Assembly: GCA_041748815.1 (NCBI GenBank)
Contig: JBGTCP010000593.1
Span: forward strand, 1 to 47,463
Length of the DNA stretch: 47,463 bases
Direction of reading: 5' to 3'
Origin: Chthoniobacterales bacterium
GTDB taxonomy: Bacteria; Verrucomicrobiota; Verrucomicrobiia; Chthoniobacterales; CAKUMP01
Below the pieces are notes generated by a model. That model did no database searches and was not told the origin of the DNA. It worked only from the letters and a program-made list of their open reading frames with translations. Shown piece after piece: positions 1 to 8,724 of this stretch. Within the stretch, counting starts at the first letter, position 1; every line of letters starts with the position of its first letter. Made by a program: the position numbers and the translations under genes.

Positions 1-59
1 TTTAAGGATCACTCAGCCATGAGTGACATTTCGAAGAGAAAAGGACCCGGCGCTGCAGG

Positions 60-722
60 ATGTATTCCGTACAATCATTAATGAAATCACACTTTCAAAC
101 TCTGATAGCGTTCTGCTGCTTCCTTACCATCAGTGCCTTGAATCTCGGGGCAAAGTCCGACGATCCTGGCGAGTATTCTTTCCGGGCAACTCCCCCTTTA
201 AACGCGGCCCAGCGCGAGCGTCTACGTGAGATTGTGGCAGAGGATCCGGAAGCCGCCGCTCTGTTGGAAGCACTCCGCACGGAAGCCGAAGCTCTCATTG
301 ATTTGGAGTCTCATCCTCTGCGCGTCATTCATTATGAAGGGCTGGTGAACACCGATCCCCGCCGGATTGCCACTGTGGCAAAGCTGCGTGAGATGGCGGA
401 TGTGGCAACGCTGTTGCTTTACTGGCAGGCCACCGGGGATGAGAGGGTTGCTCAAACATTGCGGCGTTTCATTCTGGCGTGGTCCGAAGTTTATGCGCCC
501 ACCGGAAACGATGTGAACGAGAACAAATTTTATCCGCTGTTTGTCGCTTACGAGGCACTGCGGGATACCTTTAAAACCGGGGAACGCGAACGTGTCGATG
601 CGTGGTTGCAAGCTATGGGGGAGCTTCACGCCGAAGAAGTGCGCACTGCCACCAGCTTCACCAACCGCTTCACCAAACACATCCGCACCACGATGGATTT
701 TGCCTGTTTGACTCCGAACTGA
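60..722 (+). pseudogene. Truncated secreted polysaccharide-lyase-like protein (alginate-lyase/heparinase N-terminal type), 5' part only
   Basis: ATG at 60 with a signal-like N-terminus (FQTLIAFCCFLTISALNLGA). The helical segment LLLYWQATGDERVAQTLRRFILAWSEVYAPTGNDVNENKFYPLFVAYEALR resembles alginate-lyase-family proteins. The frame stops at 722, just after the DNA switches (about nt 683) into a GH29 segment in another frame. About 208 aa is well short of a full-length lyase. Confidence 0.4.
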
Positions 723-905
723 CCAAATACACATCCAAGCACACACCCGCCGGGCGGGATCTAGTGCGGGAGTGGATCGATGCCATGCGCGAAGCCGGAC
801 TCAAGGTCGGACTCTACTATTCACTCGTCGACTGGCATCATGCGGATTATCCGGCGCTCGGCGACCGGCAGCATCCGCTACGGGATTATCCGGATTCTGC
901 GGCGA
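686..905 (+). pseudogene. Internal fragment of a GH29 alpha-L-fucosidase gene
   Basis: The frame of ORF 602..1102 reads HHDGFCLFDSELTKYTSKHTPAGRDLVREWIDAMREAGLKVGLYYSLVDWHHADYP. This is the classic GH29 (K)HHDGF...RDL...GL..GLYYS core. There is no N-terminal or C-terminal GH29 sequence on either side. Confidence 0.55.
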
Positions 906-1371
906 AGCGAAGCACCACACCCGGTTCATCGCCCCCGGTGGAATCGAGGCTTGCCATGGCGATCTCAAGGGCTTCGCCGCCATCCTCTAGGCTTATTCCT
1001 TCAAGGACGTCGTCCCCGCGGTCGGTGTTATTGGCAGGCGCGTTGATCCAGGTGATCTCGCTTTCATTCCAGTCCTCACCGAGTTTATCTGCGCCAGGCT
1101 GAGTGCCTCGGTTGAGCCCATACAGCACAAAATCAAGGATCCCATCGTCTTTGTCCCACCGGGTCCGCACCGTGGTGAGATCGAGAGTGGCCGCCGAGAC
1201 TTTCCTTCCCTCCAGTGGAGCAAGATCGTATCGGATATAGGATTTCCTCGACCCGGAGGTAGTGTTCCCTCTTCCAATGGATTTCACATCTAATGTAGGT
1301 TCACCACCCATCGCGGGGAGTGATTTTTCCAGATGATCGGCAGAGGTTGCCGCGTCCGCTTCGGGGTTCAA
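886..1371 (-). pseudogene. Fragment of a DNRLRE/CBM-like carbohydrate-binding domain protein
   Basis: SYIRYDLAPLEGRKVSAATLDLT...EDWNESEITWINAP matches the pattern of DNRLRE-type domains (FDLS...A.L.L...W.E..ITW.N.P). There is no signal peptide and no additional domains. It abuts the GH29 fragment on the opposite strand. Confidence 0.4.
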
Positions 1372-1627
1372 TTAATTTTGTCTCAGATGAACTCCCCCCG
1401 CAATCAAGTACATCATTGTCTTACCCCATCTTCTTCAATTGTCGGCAGAATTTCGCAGACTCCGGCAGCTTCTCTGAGCGGAGCAAAAGCTACGATTTCA
1501 TTTTATCAAAGCAACACCGATGTGCGGATGGCATTGTCGGTTGCCGACGACATGTGGCCAGCACAATTCGCGGGACAGGACTGCGAACCGGCGTGGTTTG
1601 CTTAGTTTGAGATCAGCAGGCATAGAC

Positions 1628-2336
1628 ATGGATTATCCGGTTCAAGAAAGCTCAAGGGTTGCGACTCGAACGACTGTTCAGCAGACAGGGTTTGATATGA
1701 GGAATTGGCTTCGCCCGAAACGATTAACCATGGTGATGTGGGATTTCGCCTTCCTCACAAGACATGTGCGAGGCGATTCTTTTGAGGACTATGACCGTGT
1801 GCTCGATGAGGTGGTTGAGCGGGGATATAATACTCTGCGCATCGATCCCATGCCGCATGCGATTGATCTATCCAAGCCTGAGACAGTGCTAAGCAGACCC
1901 GCTCTGCAGAATCAACCGCTTAACCCCTGGGATCGGCCGGAAGCTTTCGAAGGACCTGCGGGAGAATGGCTCATTGAGTTTGTGGAAAAGATGCTCGCCC
2001 GTAAATTACTCTGTGCGCTGAGCGCGTGGAATGCTGGCGAACCCTTGCGCCACATCGCAAAATCTACGTGAACTTACTGAGTGCTGGAAGACGTTCTTGA
2101 GAGAATGGAAACAGCGTTTTGGTTTCGAGAATTGCGTTTATGTCGATCTGGCCAACGAATACCCCTGTTTCATAAATGGTCATCTCGACAGGACGATCGC
2201 CGATTGCAAGGGACGCTGGTCGCCTGAGTGGAATATATACATACGGGACGAAGTAAACGGATGCCTCAGAGAACTCATCTTCCGGGTCTCCCCATTAGGA
2301 TCGAAGAGACTAACAGTCAGCGGTTATGCGGAATAG
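1628..2336 (+). pseudogene. Frameshifted and 3'-truncated cellulase-like (TIM-barrel, PF12876-like) glycoside hydrolase gene
   Basis: Two overlapping frames (1520..2071 and 2031..2336) carry a continuous homology. The first reads MVMWDFAFLTRHVRGDSFEDYDRVLDEVVERGYNTLRIDPMP. After a frame change near 2031-2071 the second reads LRELTECWKTFLREWKQRFGFENCVYVDLANEYP. The total is only about 235 aa. Confidence 0.5.
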
Positions 2337-2443
2337 TAATCCACTGGCCATTACCTCACCCTCCTTACGGAGGACGCGTCATAAAGTTAACCGCACCAGC
2401 GAGGCAGTTCTCTGTGGCCACCCGCTGGCGTCTTCCTGCCCAT

Positions 2444-3475
2444 TCATGGGCTAAGGCATCGGTTCAACTGCGCAACAGATTTCGGATTAAGAAATCCTTC
2501 CTGCGAAACGGCGATATTGAAAGTGACAGCGCCATTCTTGTTGTGAATGGACGTCAGAGTGGTTTGCAGTTCGTCGTCCCGGTAGGCCGGAGTTTCAAAC
2601 TCCCCGGCGCTGCTTTGTTCCAGCGCACGGAACCGGTGTCCGGCCACCCAGGAAGGATCCTCAAAACCATGCCACCAGAGACAATCTGTTGGCACCAACG
2701 CATGAAGCAGGCAGTTCGTGCCTGGGGCGTATTGCCATTGCGGATTGTAAAGCGGTGCGTCGATTTCTCTGCCAACCCGCACCGCTCCTTCCCGCAAAAC
2801 CTCCACCTCACCGGATAAAAAATCCTGGCCGTTATGCACGGGCGCATCATTGCCGACGCAGAAACAACCGTCGTTAAAGCTGATGGCCGAGTCGGGATTC
2901 CCGGCCCTTGCAGCGGAATACCACCGGTCCCATTGCATGAGATGGTTTGGGAAGGCATCCCAGGGGTAACAGCCATCAAACCACCAGCCATCACAGAGTT
3001 TGCCGAACTTCAGAGAATACTCTTCAACAAAAGGTAGATAGGCATCCTGAAACGCATATTGAGGAGACTGATCTTTCACCTCCCAATCAAATCCGCGATG
3101 AATCTCCTCAGATTGACCCCGTACTTCACAGGGTAGATAGGCAATGAATGACTTGCCTGCTTTTTTCACAGCCCCGGCAATTTCCAGAACAAGATCGCGC
3201 CGGGGAGTACGGCCCGGTAACTTCCGGTCAAGAATGCTGTTTGGACTCGCATAGCAGCCGGTATTCTGCCCGACGGTGAAAATGAGCCAGCTTGCACCTG
3301 TGTCCAGAAATCCCTCCATGAATCGCTCTATGTCGAACCGGTCAACGGCGGCGTTCAGATCGGTGAGCCGGGGTCCGTGAAGTGCCTTCGGTCCTGGTGC
3401 GATCCAGTGAACCATGAGACCCGCACGGCCTGCCATCCAACCGGCACGTGGAGGGGAAGTGAGAGGCGTGCTCAT
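2444..3475 (-). CDS. GH29-like / fucosidase-related TIM-barrel glycoside hydrolase, no signal peptide
   Basis: 343-aa ORF. Motifs [33 protein letters not shown] and [12 protein letters not shown] resemble the GH29 fold. The ATG overlaps the stop of the upstream GH95 gene (ATGA at 3472-3475). Confidence 0.55.
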   Translation of the reverse strand: MSTPLTSPPRAGWMAGRAGLMVHWIAPGPKALHGPRLTDLNAAVDRFDIERFMEGFLDTGASWLIFTVGQNTGCYASPNSILDRKLPGRTPRRDLVLEIAGAVKKAGKSFIAYLPCEVRGQSEEIHRGFDWEVKDQSPQYAFQDAYLPFVEEYSLKFGKLCDGWWFDGCYPWDAFPNHLMQWDRWYSAARAGNPDSAISFNDGCFCVGNDAPVHNGQDFLSGEVEVLREGAVRVGREIDAPLYNPQWQYAPGTNCLLHALVPTDCLWWHGFEDPSWVAGHRFRALEQSSAGEFETPAYRDDELQTTLTSIHNKNGAVTFNIAVSQEGFLNPKSVAQLNRCLSP

Positions 3476-5868
3476 GACCTTCCTGCTGGAATGAGTTCAT
3501 GTGAAACCCTCGCGGCTATCAACCGGATTGTCTCTCCAACTTCTGTTCCGAAACTCAGGCAGAAATCCTCTCGGGGTTCATCACGACAGGTTTTTCCTGA
3601 ATCGATTTCTAATGTATTGGGCGCAGAGACCCGGCATACACCCCCCGAAGCTGAATGAATCCTGCATTCCACCACCACGCCCTGCTCCCACGTGCAATCC
3701 ACAATAAAGCCTCCGCGCGCACGCAGTCCTTTGAAGCTGCCATCCGCCCACTCAGAGGGAAGTGCCGGAAGCAGCTGAATGAAGGCCTGATGGCTTTGCA
3801 GCAGCATCTCGGCAATGGCAGCACAGGCACCCATGTTTCCATCGATCTGAAATGGAGGATGGGCGCAGAGCAGGTTTACATAACTCCCGCCGTGGTGGTA
3901 ATCGACATCGCCATCTTCATCGATAAGAATGAGTTGCTCGTTGAGCAATTTCAACGCACGATCACCATCGCCGAGGCGTGCCCATAGATTCACCTTGGCA
4001 GCTTTACTCCAACCGGTTCCATCATCCCCACGCCGGTTTAAGGAAGCCGTTGCGGCTGCGGCCAGCGGCGTTTCAGGCGAAATCTGATGCCCGGGATGCA
4101 ATGCAAAAAGATGGGAAAGATGCCGGTGGTGGATATCCACTTCAGGATACTCTCTTTCCCATTCCAGGATGCGCCCATCGGTGCCGACCCGGTCGGGGGG
4201 CAGTCTGTTCAAGACCTTCCTGCAACGTTCAGAAAATGCGTATTGATCCTCAAGCATTTCGCAAGCTTTCAGTGTGGCGCGGAAAAACTCTCTCAGTATT
4301 TGTACATCCATCGTGGCGGAGCGACTGATGAAAACGGGCTGATCCGGGCCATGTGGCAGGTAGGCATTTTCGGGTGAGACGGAGGGCGAGCTTTCGAGAA
4401 AGCCCGTGACCGGATTGGGTCGCAGGAAATCAAAATAGAACTCCGCGGTTTCTTTCAGGATCGGGAAGATCCGCTGTTCAAGCAGAGTTTGCGAGCGTTT
4501 GAACGTAAAAATATCCCATGCCTGTACAGCCAGCCATGCCGTTGCAGTATGAAATAATCCCCAGGAGGCACTCCATCCCGGTGTTGTTCGGCCCCAGGCA
4601 TTGCTCGCCCAGTGGGTTACCCAGCCAGCACAGCCATAATGAAGCCTGGCTGTGCGCCGTCCCGTCCGGCGGAGCAGGTCGATGTAGTTGAGAAATGGTT
4701 CAGCGCACTCATCAAGCGCGCAAGGCCCCACAGGCCAATACGTCATTTGCAAATTAATATTGAGGTGGTAGTCACAGTGCCAGATTGGCGAAAGGCTGTT
4801 ATTCCAGAGCCCTTGCAAATTGGCGGGCAGCATGCCGTCGCGGGAACAGCTGATCAAAAGATAACGTCCGTAGTGGAACAAAAGTTCCAAAAGGTGTGAG
4901 TCCTTTTTGGTGGTTTGAAAATGCTCCATTCGAGCAGAGAGACTACTGAAATTTTTGCCGACGTCGTCCGGCGAATCCAGGCTGAGTGCCACTCTGTTGA
5001 AAAGGGCATTGAAATCCTGAATGTGCCGCTTGCGCAGACTCAAAGCATCCATGGCCATGGCATATTGAAGCTGGCTCCTGACGTTCGCCCGTGGTGGCTG
5101 CCCCCGGAACAGCGGCGGCCTTGGTTCATAAGAAGTTCCCGCTGCCAGGATCAGGACGGCCGTGGTTGCGCCGCTCACCACGATGCCCTTTGCGTTGACG
5201 GCGCACTCGCCTCCGCTTTGTTGAACACTGGCCATTGCGAGGAAGTCCACCGGTCCGGTCGAGCCTTCCCATTCCAGCAGACCGGTTGCACTTATCTGCG
5301 CGGTTGACCAGGGATGCGGACATGCGCCTTTGACTTCGAAACTCAACTCTCCCGGGATGGATGCCTCAAGCCTCGCGACCAGGACTTGATCAGGATGACT
5401 TACGAAGATTTCTCTCAAAAATCGACACCCACCACATCGATAACTCACACGCACAATCCCATCCTGCAGATTTAACTCGCGGGTGTAATCTTCCATGGGC
5501 GCGTCGCGGTGTATAAAATCGAAGATCACATCTCCGAACGCCTGATAGGATCCAAAACCCTCGCCGGAAACAGTCACGGATTGCTCGGCAAGTGCTTCAG
5601 CCTCAGGTAGCCTCCCTTGGTCGAGAAGCGCACGGATCTGAGGAAGATAATTTAAAGCATCCTTGCGCTCCACTGGTTGAGGATCTCCGTTCCAGAGGGT
5701 GATCTCATTAAACTGGAGTACATCGAGGTCCACTCCGCCCAGTACCATTGCACCCAATCGGCCATTCCCTATTGGAAGTCCTTCTGACATCCAGTTTCCG
5801 GCAGGTTGATTAAATTGGAGTTTGTGCGGGGACATGAAATTCTCCGGTATGAAATTGCGATGGTGCAT
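3472..5868 (-). CDS. GH95 alpha-L-fucosidase-type glycoside hydrolase
   Basis: 798 aa. The N-terminal [15 protein letters not shown] and the [31 protein letters not shown] block are GH95 signatures. An alternative start lies at 5835 (MSPHKLQF). No signal peptide. Confidence 0.9.
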   Translation of the reverse strand: MHHRNFIPENFMSPHKLQFNQPAGNWMSEGLPIGNGRLGAMVLGGVDLDVLQFNEITLWNGDPQPVERKDALNYLPQIRALLDQGRLPEAEALAEQSVTVSGEGFGSYQAFGDVIFDFIHRDAPMEDYTRELNLQDGIVRVSYRCGGCRFLREIFVSHPDQVLVARLEASIPGELSFEVKGACPHPWSTAQISATGLLEWEGSTGPVDFLAMASVQQSGGECAVNAKGIVVSGATTAVLILAAGTSYEPRPPLFRGQPPRANVRSQLQYAMAMDALSLRKRHIQDFNALFNRVALSLDSPDDVGKNFSSLSARMEHFQTTKKDSHLLELLFHYGRYLLISCSRDGMLPANLQGLWNNSLSPIWHCDYHLNINLQMTYWPVGPCALDECAEPFLNYIDLLRRTGRRTARLHYGCAGWVTHWASNAWGRTTPGWSASWGLFHTATAWLAVQAWDIFTFKRSQTLLEQRIFPILKETAEFYFDFLRPNPVTGFLESSPSVSPENAYLPHGPDQPVFISRSATMDVQILREFFRATLKACEMLEDQYAFSERCRKVLNRLPPDRVGTDGRILEWEREYPEVDIHHRHLSHLFALHPGHQISPETPLAAAATASLNRRGDDGTGWSKAAKVNLWARLGDGDRALKLLNEQLILIDEDGDVDYHHGGSYVNLLCAHPPFQIDGNMGACAAIAEMLLQSHQAFIQLLPALPSEWADGSFKGLRARGGFIVDCTWEQGVVVECRIHSASGGVCRVSAPNTLEIDSGKTCRDEPREDFCLSFGTEVGETIRLIAARVSHELIPAGRS

Positions 5869-5875
5869 TCAACGA

Positions 5876-5909
5876 AAAAGCCGACAAGATGAGTGCCTTG
5901 TCGGCTTTT
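5876..5909 (-). terminator. Intrinsic-terminator-like hairpin after the PEP-CTERM gene
   Basis: A perfect 13-bp stem (5876-5888 aaaagccgacaag / 5897-5909 cttgtcggctttt) with an 8-nt loop. On the minus strand the GC-rich 9-bp core is followed by TTTTTCGTT. It lies 23 nt downstream of the stop at 5932. Confidence 0.55.
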
Positions 5910-5931
5910 CGATGATTTTTGATAACGAAGC

Positions 5932-6777
5932 TTAAGCGATTCTCGAGCGGCGGCGGCGGAAGACGGTAAGTATTCCCAACCCAAGTGCTGCAAGCAAACC
6001 TGTAGCTGGTTCCGGGACGATATAGGTGTTGGTCAGCGTCGTGTTGAGTGCGGCAGCCTGAGTGGTGTTTAAAGCTGAGTCATAAATTTGCATTGTCGCG
6101 ACTTGACCGAGAAATGGCAGATCATTGCCAACGCCTGTGCCAATCAATTGCCAAGGCTGATCGAAGGTTTGTGTATTTGTGCCCGAGCCCACATTGGCAC
6201 CGTCGACATAGAAATTAAATTCTCCTGTGGTGCTGCTGTAAGTGTAACCGATCACAAAAAATGCACTCGTTCCAAAGCCCGATGTGCTGGTGCCGACGTC
6301 GGCAATATTTCGTTTGGTAAGCGTTAGGAAATTGTCCCCGCCATCCAGTCGAAAGGTTGCTCCACCCGTGCCGCTGCCAGCCCCGAACAGAACTTGTGCG
6401 GAACCCGAACCGGGGCTTTGCACCACTGCAAACAGACTGAATTCAGCGGGCACAGCAAAAGTGTTATTCAAAGCAGCAAAGCGCCCACCAAAAGCGCCAA
6501 CGCCAAACCCCACTGTCGAATTTCCGTTGGGAGTTGCATTGGCATTTACGGTGGGGAACGCATCGACCTGAGAATTGTCCAGCGTGTTGGTGGAGTTGTA
6601 GGTGCTTCCCGCCGAGCCGGTATTAATCCAGCTGGCTGTGGAAGTGCCGTTGCCGTTGTCCACAATGCTGTAGTTCGCTGCGTCATAGACGAGGACCTGT
6701 GCATGCGATGAAATGACGCCGGCCAAGAGAAGCCCGGCGGACGTTACAAGAAGACGTTTGAAACTTAGTTTTTTCAT
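5932..6777 (-). CDS. Secreted LamG/concanavalin-like protein with C-terminal PEP-CTERM sorting signal
   Basis: The C-terminus VPEPATGLLAALGLGILTVFRRRRSRIA is PEP, then a TM helix, then a basic tail. The start is chosen at MKKLSFKRLLVTSAGLLLAGVISSHAQ (signal peptide), not the longer ORF start at 6840. The body is Gly/Ser/Thr/Asn-rich and beta-sandwich-like. Confidence 0.8.
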   Translation of the reverse strand: MKKLSFKRLLVTSAGLLLAGVISSHAQVLVYDAANYSIVDNGNGTSTASWINTGSAGSTYNSTNTLDNSQVDAFPTVNANATPNGNSTVGFGVGAFGGRFAALNNTFAVPAEFSLFAVVQSPGSGSAQVLFGAGSGTGGATFRLDGGDNFLTLTKRNIADVGTSTSGFGTSAFFVIGYTYSSTTGEFNFYVDGANVGSGTNTQTFDQPWQLIGTGVGNDLPFLGQVATMQIYDSALNTTQAAALNTTLTNTYIVPEPATGLLAALGLGILTVFRRRRSRIA

Positions 6778-6814
6778 GGGGATGAGGGGTCTGGGTTTGT
6801 TGAACAACCGCAAC

Positions 6815-6836
6815 CTAATAAAAACGTTTTTATTAG
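6815..6836. promoter_or_regulatory. Perfect 22-bp palindrome, candidate LacI-family operator
   Basis: CTAATAAAAACGTTTTTATTAG has a central CG, like the AAACGTTT cores of LacI/GalR-family operators. It lies in the divergent region between the PEP-CTERM gene (start 6777) and the LacI gene (start 6893). Confidence 0.5.
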
Positions 6837-6892
6837 TCAACAGAATTTATTCGGATTGAATTATTTTTTTTGCGGCGCAAGCTACGCTCCAG

Positions 6893-7906
6893 ATGAAGCG
6901 AATCACGATCACCGATGTTGCCCGTGAGGCAGGAGTTGCGGTGTCGACGGTGTCGTTTGTGCTCAACCGCCTGCCTGCGGACACCAAGCTCAAGGAATCC
7001 ACCCGGCAAAAAGTGCTGGAAGTAGCATCACGTCTTGGCTACAGGCCTAATCAGCTGGCGCGCGCGATGGTGCGCGGGCACACTCAGACCATTGGATTTT
7101 TTGCTCCCTACATTGCAGCGGAATGGATTGCGGAGGTCCTGCACGGATTCAGCGAGACTGCCTCGGAATCGCACTACTTTGTGAAAGCATTGTCGGTGGA
7201 TAGCGAAAATTGGCGAAACGTTTTAGGGAAAGTCCTGGACAGCAAGCCTGCCGCAATCGCCTGCCATGAATTGCTGCATTCTGTAGAGGTTCCTCTTTTC
7301 CGCGAAGCTAAAGCGCAGGGGCTGTATTGTGGCGTCGTTGGCGAAAGCACGGTGGATGGATGGGACTGCGAGGTCCGTGTTAACACCGACGCAGCAGCTG
7401 AGCAGGTCGTGAGTCATTTGGTTCAACTCGGCCACCGGCAAATTCTCCATCTTTCCGGCAAGCAGGAACTGGGATCCGGCCTGCATCGCGAGCAAAGCTA
7501 CCGGCGTGCGATGAAAAAGTTCGGCATTTCTCCGAAGGTGTTTCGCGGTGACTATGAGATTGCAAGCACCGCTCTCGCTGCCCGCAAAATACTGGATTCA
7601 CCATCGCCTCCAACTGCCATCTATTGCGCAAATGATCCCATGGCTCTCGTCGTGATGCGAACCGCAAGGTCTCTCGGATTAAAAATCCCTGAAGATCTTT
7701 CCGTGGTTGGTTACTCCGACCTGCTCATGGCGCAGTTGTCGGACCCGCCACTTACCACTGTGAATGAGCGCTTATCCGCTTGTGGCCGATTCCTTGCACA
7801 CAAGTTGATTTCTCATCTCCAGAAAACGAACAGTAATGGCGGATTGTCGGAGCCGCCGAAACCGGAACTCGTGGTGCGGCACTCCACTGGTCCGGCCAGA
7901 GGTTGA
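6893..7906 (+). CDS. LacI-family transcriptional regulator
   Basis: The N-terminal HTH reads ITITDVAREAGVAVSTVSFVLN..., followed by a periplasmic-binding-protein-like sugar-binding domain. 337 aa. Confidence 0.9.
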   Translation: MKRITITDVAREAGVAVSTVSFVLNRLPADTKLKESTRQKVLEVASRLGYRPNQLARAMVRGHTQTIGFFAPYIAAEWIAEVLHGFSETASESHYFVKALSVDSENWRNVLGKVLDSKPAAIACHELLHSVEVPLFREAKAQGLYCGVVGESTVDGWDCEVRVNTDAAAEQVVSHLVQLGHRQILHLSGKQELGSGLHREQSYRRAMKKFGISPKVFRGDYEIASTALAARKILDSPSPPTAIYCANDPMALVVMRTARSLGLKIPEDLSVVGYSDLLMAQLSDPPLTTVNERLSACGRFLAHKLISHLQKTNSNGGLSEPPKPELVVRHSTGPARG

Positions 7907-7909
7907 TCC

Positions 7910-8704
7910 TCACGAGATTGTGGCCAGGTATGCCCCTGCCCAGCGTTGCCCGATCTCGATGGTTTGATTGGCCTCGTAGTGAATGCCATCTGCAAAGCCC
8001 TCCCGCATGTCCATCGTTCTTACGATATGCACCCGTGGATCTTTTGTTGTCAGTGTTTCTAACGCAGCATTTAATGTGGCAGTGCCCTCTGCCTGACCCG
8101 GGTTGTCCCGCAGGACCGGCATGTGGCCGTTGATCTCCGTTACAAAAACTTTCATATCTGGAACTCGCAGATCGGCTCTTAAGTCGGCTATGAGTTGCTC
8201 CATGTTTTGCCCGTAGAGGCCAGCCGCGACGTCGGTGTCGCTCTCACCCTGCAGCCAGAACATGGCTCGAATGTCCGGAATGAAACCCCGTTGCTCGATT
8301 TCCGTAAGCGTGGAAAGAAAATGCGCAAGCATCTTGGCGTAGAGGTGATGACCGGGATTGGGATCAGTGGGATTAACTTTTTTGAAATTTGTGTTCAGTC
8401 CTGCACCTCCCATGGCGAACTTGGAAAGTGCCACTATGCCGTCTTGATGAGTCGCAAGTATTTTCCCGGCGGACAACTCAGGCCCGAATCCATTAAACTT
8501 CCCCGCAAAACCACCGGACTGAGGAGCCAGCATAGCCAGCAAACCCACCGTGTCCGTGGGAGTCGCCAGATTCCGCTGGCGATAGGCCAGAAGGGCTCCG
8601 GGGTGGGGGGAATCGCGGTAATGCCGGTTCGCCGGAATCAGGTCGGCAGGATTCGATTGCCAGCCGTGCGCGTTGGACTGACCGGCGAGCAGAAACACAT
8701 TCAT
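7910..8704 (-). CDS. SASA/DUF303-type carbohydrate O-acetylesterase
   Basis: MNVFLLAGQSNAHGW and FWLQGESD are typical of sialate-O-acetylesterase-like SGNH esterases. The start at 8704 avoids overlap with the upstream gene end at 8725. Confidence 0.8.
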   Translation of the reverse strand: MNVFLLAGQSNAHGWQSNPADLIPANRHYRDSPHPGALLAYRQRNLATPTDTVGLLAMLAPQSGGFAGKFNGFGPELSAGKILATHQDGIVALSKFAMGGAGLNTNFKKVNPTDPNPGHHLYAKMLAHFLSTLTEIEQRGFIPDIRAMFWLQGESDTDVAAGLYGQNMEQLIADLRADLRVPDMKVFVTEINGHMPVLRDNPGQAEGTATLNAALETLTTKDPRVHIVRTMDMREGFADGIHYEANQTIEIGQRWAGAYLATIS

Positions 8705-8724
8705 GTTTGCCCTCTTCGATTCAC

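Noticed and set aside
2228-3147. Plus-strand ORFs (196, 62, 67 and 66 aa) and a 146-aa minus-strand ORF (2554..2994, alternative frame) overlapping 2444-3475.
   Set aside because: These are shadows of the GH29-like gene. Their translations are Arg/Pro-rich with no motifs.
6778-6840. 21-codon N-terminal extension of the PEP-CTERM gene (ORF-track start 6840).
   Set aside because: The internal ATG at 6777 gives a canonical signal peptide. The extension would also bury the 22-bp palindrome in coding sequence.
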